From contig JBGCDR010000142.1 of assembly GCA_045105515.1 (NCBI GenBank), positions 1 through 19,022 of the forward strand: DNA of 19,022 bases, written 5' to 3'. The stretch is from Oligoflexales bacterium (GTDB taxonomy: Bacteria > Bdellovibrionota_B > Oligoflexia > Oligoflexales > Bog-1112). Below, one piece after another: positions 16,805 through 19,022 of this stretch. The number at the start of each line of letters is the position of its first letter. Within the stretch, counting starts at the first letter, position 1. Below the pieces are notes generated by a model that worked only from the letters and a program-made list of their open reading frames with translations, had not been told where the DNA came from and did not search any database. The translations under genes and the position numbers were made by a program.

Positions 16805-18885
16805 TTAAAACTCATTTGATAAATCTATTTTCAAGTTTTGATAAGGTGAAAGCGGAGGCCAATCAAAATAAACTATACCTGCTTCACCTGTGTTAGAGGT
16901 AACATTGCCATCACTATCTCCGCCAGGTGAAGTAAAAACACTTCCAAGGTCCCTGTGCCATCGAAGTTACCAACAGATACTGTACTCCCCATTTGGTCAC
17001 TTGAAGATCCAGCTTGAATGATTAATTCCGCTTCGCTACTTGAGATCTGCGGCCCTAGAGCAGTCCACTCAGATCGAGCTTTGCCAAAATGAATTACAAC
17101 TTGGGAACCCTGTCCCATAATCACATCATCATACCCATCTTGATTAATATCTCGAATTTTGACATGGCTGTTGTTAGTCGACCCCTGAGGATGACTAAAA
17201 GAAGAAAAATATAGCTCGTAACGAGTGACGATAATTTTATTGGAAGCAGCTGACCATTCTGCGGCATTTAACCCCCAGACAATATCATAGTATCCACTGC
17301 TATTCTCACTCTGCTTGATAATGTAATCGTTTTTTCCATCACCATCGATATCACCAACATAGGGGAAAGTCAGTTCATGACCTGCAGTATCACTTGTAAT
17401 CTCATAATCTAAAGTATTGTCAGGAGCAGACCCCCCCTTGAATATTCTAATCCTTCCAGTATTGGTGATAAAATTATGATCATATGCTTCGCTACCCAAT
17501 AAGAGATCATCAACTCCATCTGCATCAGCATCTCCAAATGTTCCCGAGTCGAGCTCACCATCCAACCAATCAAGACTCGAGAATGTGAGAGATCCGGCTC
17601 CGTCACCATAATAGACAACACAAGTCGAGGTAACACAGCGCATATAATCTTCATAAGTATTAGCACCATCGGTCTTAAAGTTTCCCACCTCCACATTGCC
17701 AATCACTGAAGAGCTTCCACTTCCATCAGTATAGTTGACATCGGACCCATCGGAATCGATATCAACATCAGCAGTTATTGGGCCATAAAGGATATATCCA
17801 TCATCCCGATACTGGCCCAGTAAAATATCATCAATATCATCACCATTGTAATCCATACAATAGACAACATTGCCAAAATTTGCGTTAGACCGATAAATAG
17901 CAATATCTGCCTCACTTGAATTAGAGTCACCGGAGTAAGTGACCATTTTTTTCTCCCCTTCGAGTCCTGTTCCTCCCAAATATATATATACCTCTCCGGC
18001 AACCGAAGAGTCGGAAACGACTAAATCATCATTTCCATCATTGTTAATATCACATGCATCCATTCCGTGATTACCGGATCCTAAACCTCTATTAATGGTA
18101 TAGTGAAACAGTTTCGTCACAGCAGTGGTTTTAACATCGTCCTCTGTGGTGCTTGTAGAAATTCCTACCCGATCTGCTGCAGAAATTTTAAAATAATTAA
18201 GCTCACGATTATCCATGTTTGTAAGCGTAACAGAATGGGACGTGCTATAAACGCTCTCATCAAATTGTTTATCAGGACTTCCAGAGACTGGACCATAATC
18301 AACAGTGTTTAATGTCGGCTCATCAGTAGACCAACTAATCTTGACTGAAGTGGTATTTATCTCATTGATATAAACATCTGTAATTAAAGGGGAAATGGTA
18401 TCATGGCTAATAGAGGCTGAGCCAGCAGAACTAATATTTCCGGCAATATCTCTAGCAAATAAGTAGGCAGTATGATTACCTTGTGAACTGTCTGAAAAAG
18501 TGATCGTGTATTCTCCAGCTACCGTTGAACATGCTAATGATATAGCACTTAAATCGGGTAAACTTGATGATTCCGAGAGGTATATTTTAGTCACGTCAAC
18601 TGGGCATGCACTGATTTGAATATCTTGTTTTAAGGTGTTTGTGAAACCGGATTGGCTACCTCCATCAAAGTCCGTCAGAGTAAAAGACAAAGCAGCTGGG
18701 CCGGCAGTATCTACCATAAAATTATCTGATTCACCAAAATCAGGAGTATTATCTGCATTGTCGGTAAGCTTAACGCAAACTTTGTAAGTCCCATCGGTGG
18801 TTATAGCAGAACTATTACTCTTCGGTAAATCACTATAGCTAACGTTTCCATCACATATCGTTGCATCGGAGACTATAACATATTC
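16805..18885 (-). pseudogene. 3' part of a large surface protein (Ig-like, FN3-like and FG-GAP/integrin-alpha-like repeats); IS-interrupted and frameshifted
   Basis: Repeats DINNDGNDDLVV, DYNGDDIDDILLG, GDADADGVDDLLLG, GDIDGDGKNDYII, DINQDGYDDVIMG; YLFARDIAGNIS Ig-like motif. The frame stays open and protein-like upstream of Met 18717 (EYVIVSDATICDG...TYKVCVKLTDNADN) up to the IS end, with no start or signal peptide. Apparent frameshift at 16934-16938. Confidence 0.75.
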
Positions 18886-19022
18886 GGCGGATTGCTAGAT
18901 TAAGTGCAGAAGAAAAAATTCCATCGCTTCGGAAGGCGGATTTAGTTTAGTCTATGAGGCTAATCTGCTTGCAAGAAAGGGGTATTTATGTCTGCCAATC
19001 TCACTTATGAGCAAAGGTATGA
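18886..19022 (+). mobile_element. Left end of a probable IS30-family insertion sequence (partial)
   Basis: Begins GGCGG-N11-AAGTGCAG, resembling IS30-family terminal IRs as I recall them. It coincides with the break in the upstream gene and is followed by an RBS and a transposase-like start. Confidence 0.65.
18988..19022 (+). CDS. N-terminus of a probable IS30-family transposase (runs off the window)
   Basis: GAAAGGGG RBS then MSANLTYEQRY(E/D), matching the xxLTxEERxxI start of the IS30 transposase HTH. Only 11 full codons are visible. Confidence 0.6.
   Translation, partial: MSANLTYEQRY

Noticed and set aside
17409..18312. ORFs 17409-17702, 17775-18002 and 18103-18312
   Set aside because: Off-frame or antisense by-products of the Asp/Gly-rich FG-GAP gene.
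1..19022. CRISPR array, tRNA, rRNA or recognisable anti-phage defence genes
   Set aside because: No regularly spaced direct repeats, cloverleaf or rRNA-like sequence, or defence-family motifs seen by eye.

Overview
AT-rich bacterial chromosomal window. The organism cannot be determined; the secreted Ig/FG-GAP repeat style suggests Bdellovibrionota/Oligoflexia (inference only). Left to right: a probably truncated lipoprotein; a + strand group of YbgA-type DUF523/DUF1722 protein, divergent ECF sigma-like protein and sterol desaturase-family protein; small genes, including a DUF6435-like ORF missing from the ORF track, a ~100-nt imperfect hairpin and a decayed lipoprotein/FN3-like pseudogene; a MoxR ATPase-DUF58-transglutaminase operon; an NhaR-like LysR regulator followed by a BCCT transporter whose upstream region has a dyad T-N11-A box and a perfect 11-bp anti-Shine-Dalgarno stem; two tandem paralogous monoheme cytochromes c; a DUF1499 protein; a NUDIX-GrpB fusion; a signal-peptide-bearing minimal protein kinase divergent from a secreted unknown protein; and a large Ig/FN3/FG-GAP surface-protein gene. 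That last gene is cut at its 5' side by a probable IS30-family element at the window end and frameshifted near its 3' end. No rRNA, tRNA or CRISPR array was seen. No single novel multi-gene system is proven. The best leads are the LysR/anti-SD control of the BCCT gene, the secreted kinase pair, the NUDIX-GrpB fusion and the long intergenic hairpin.
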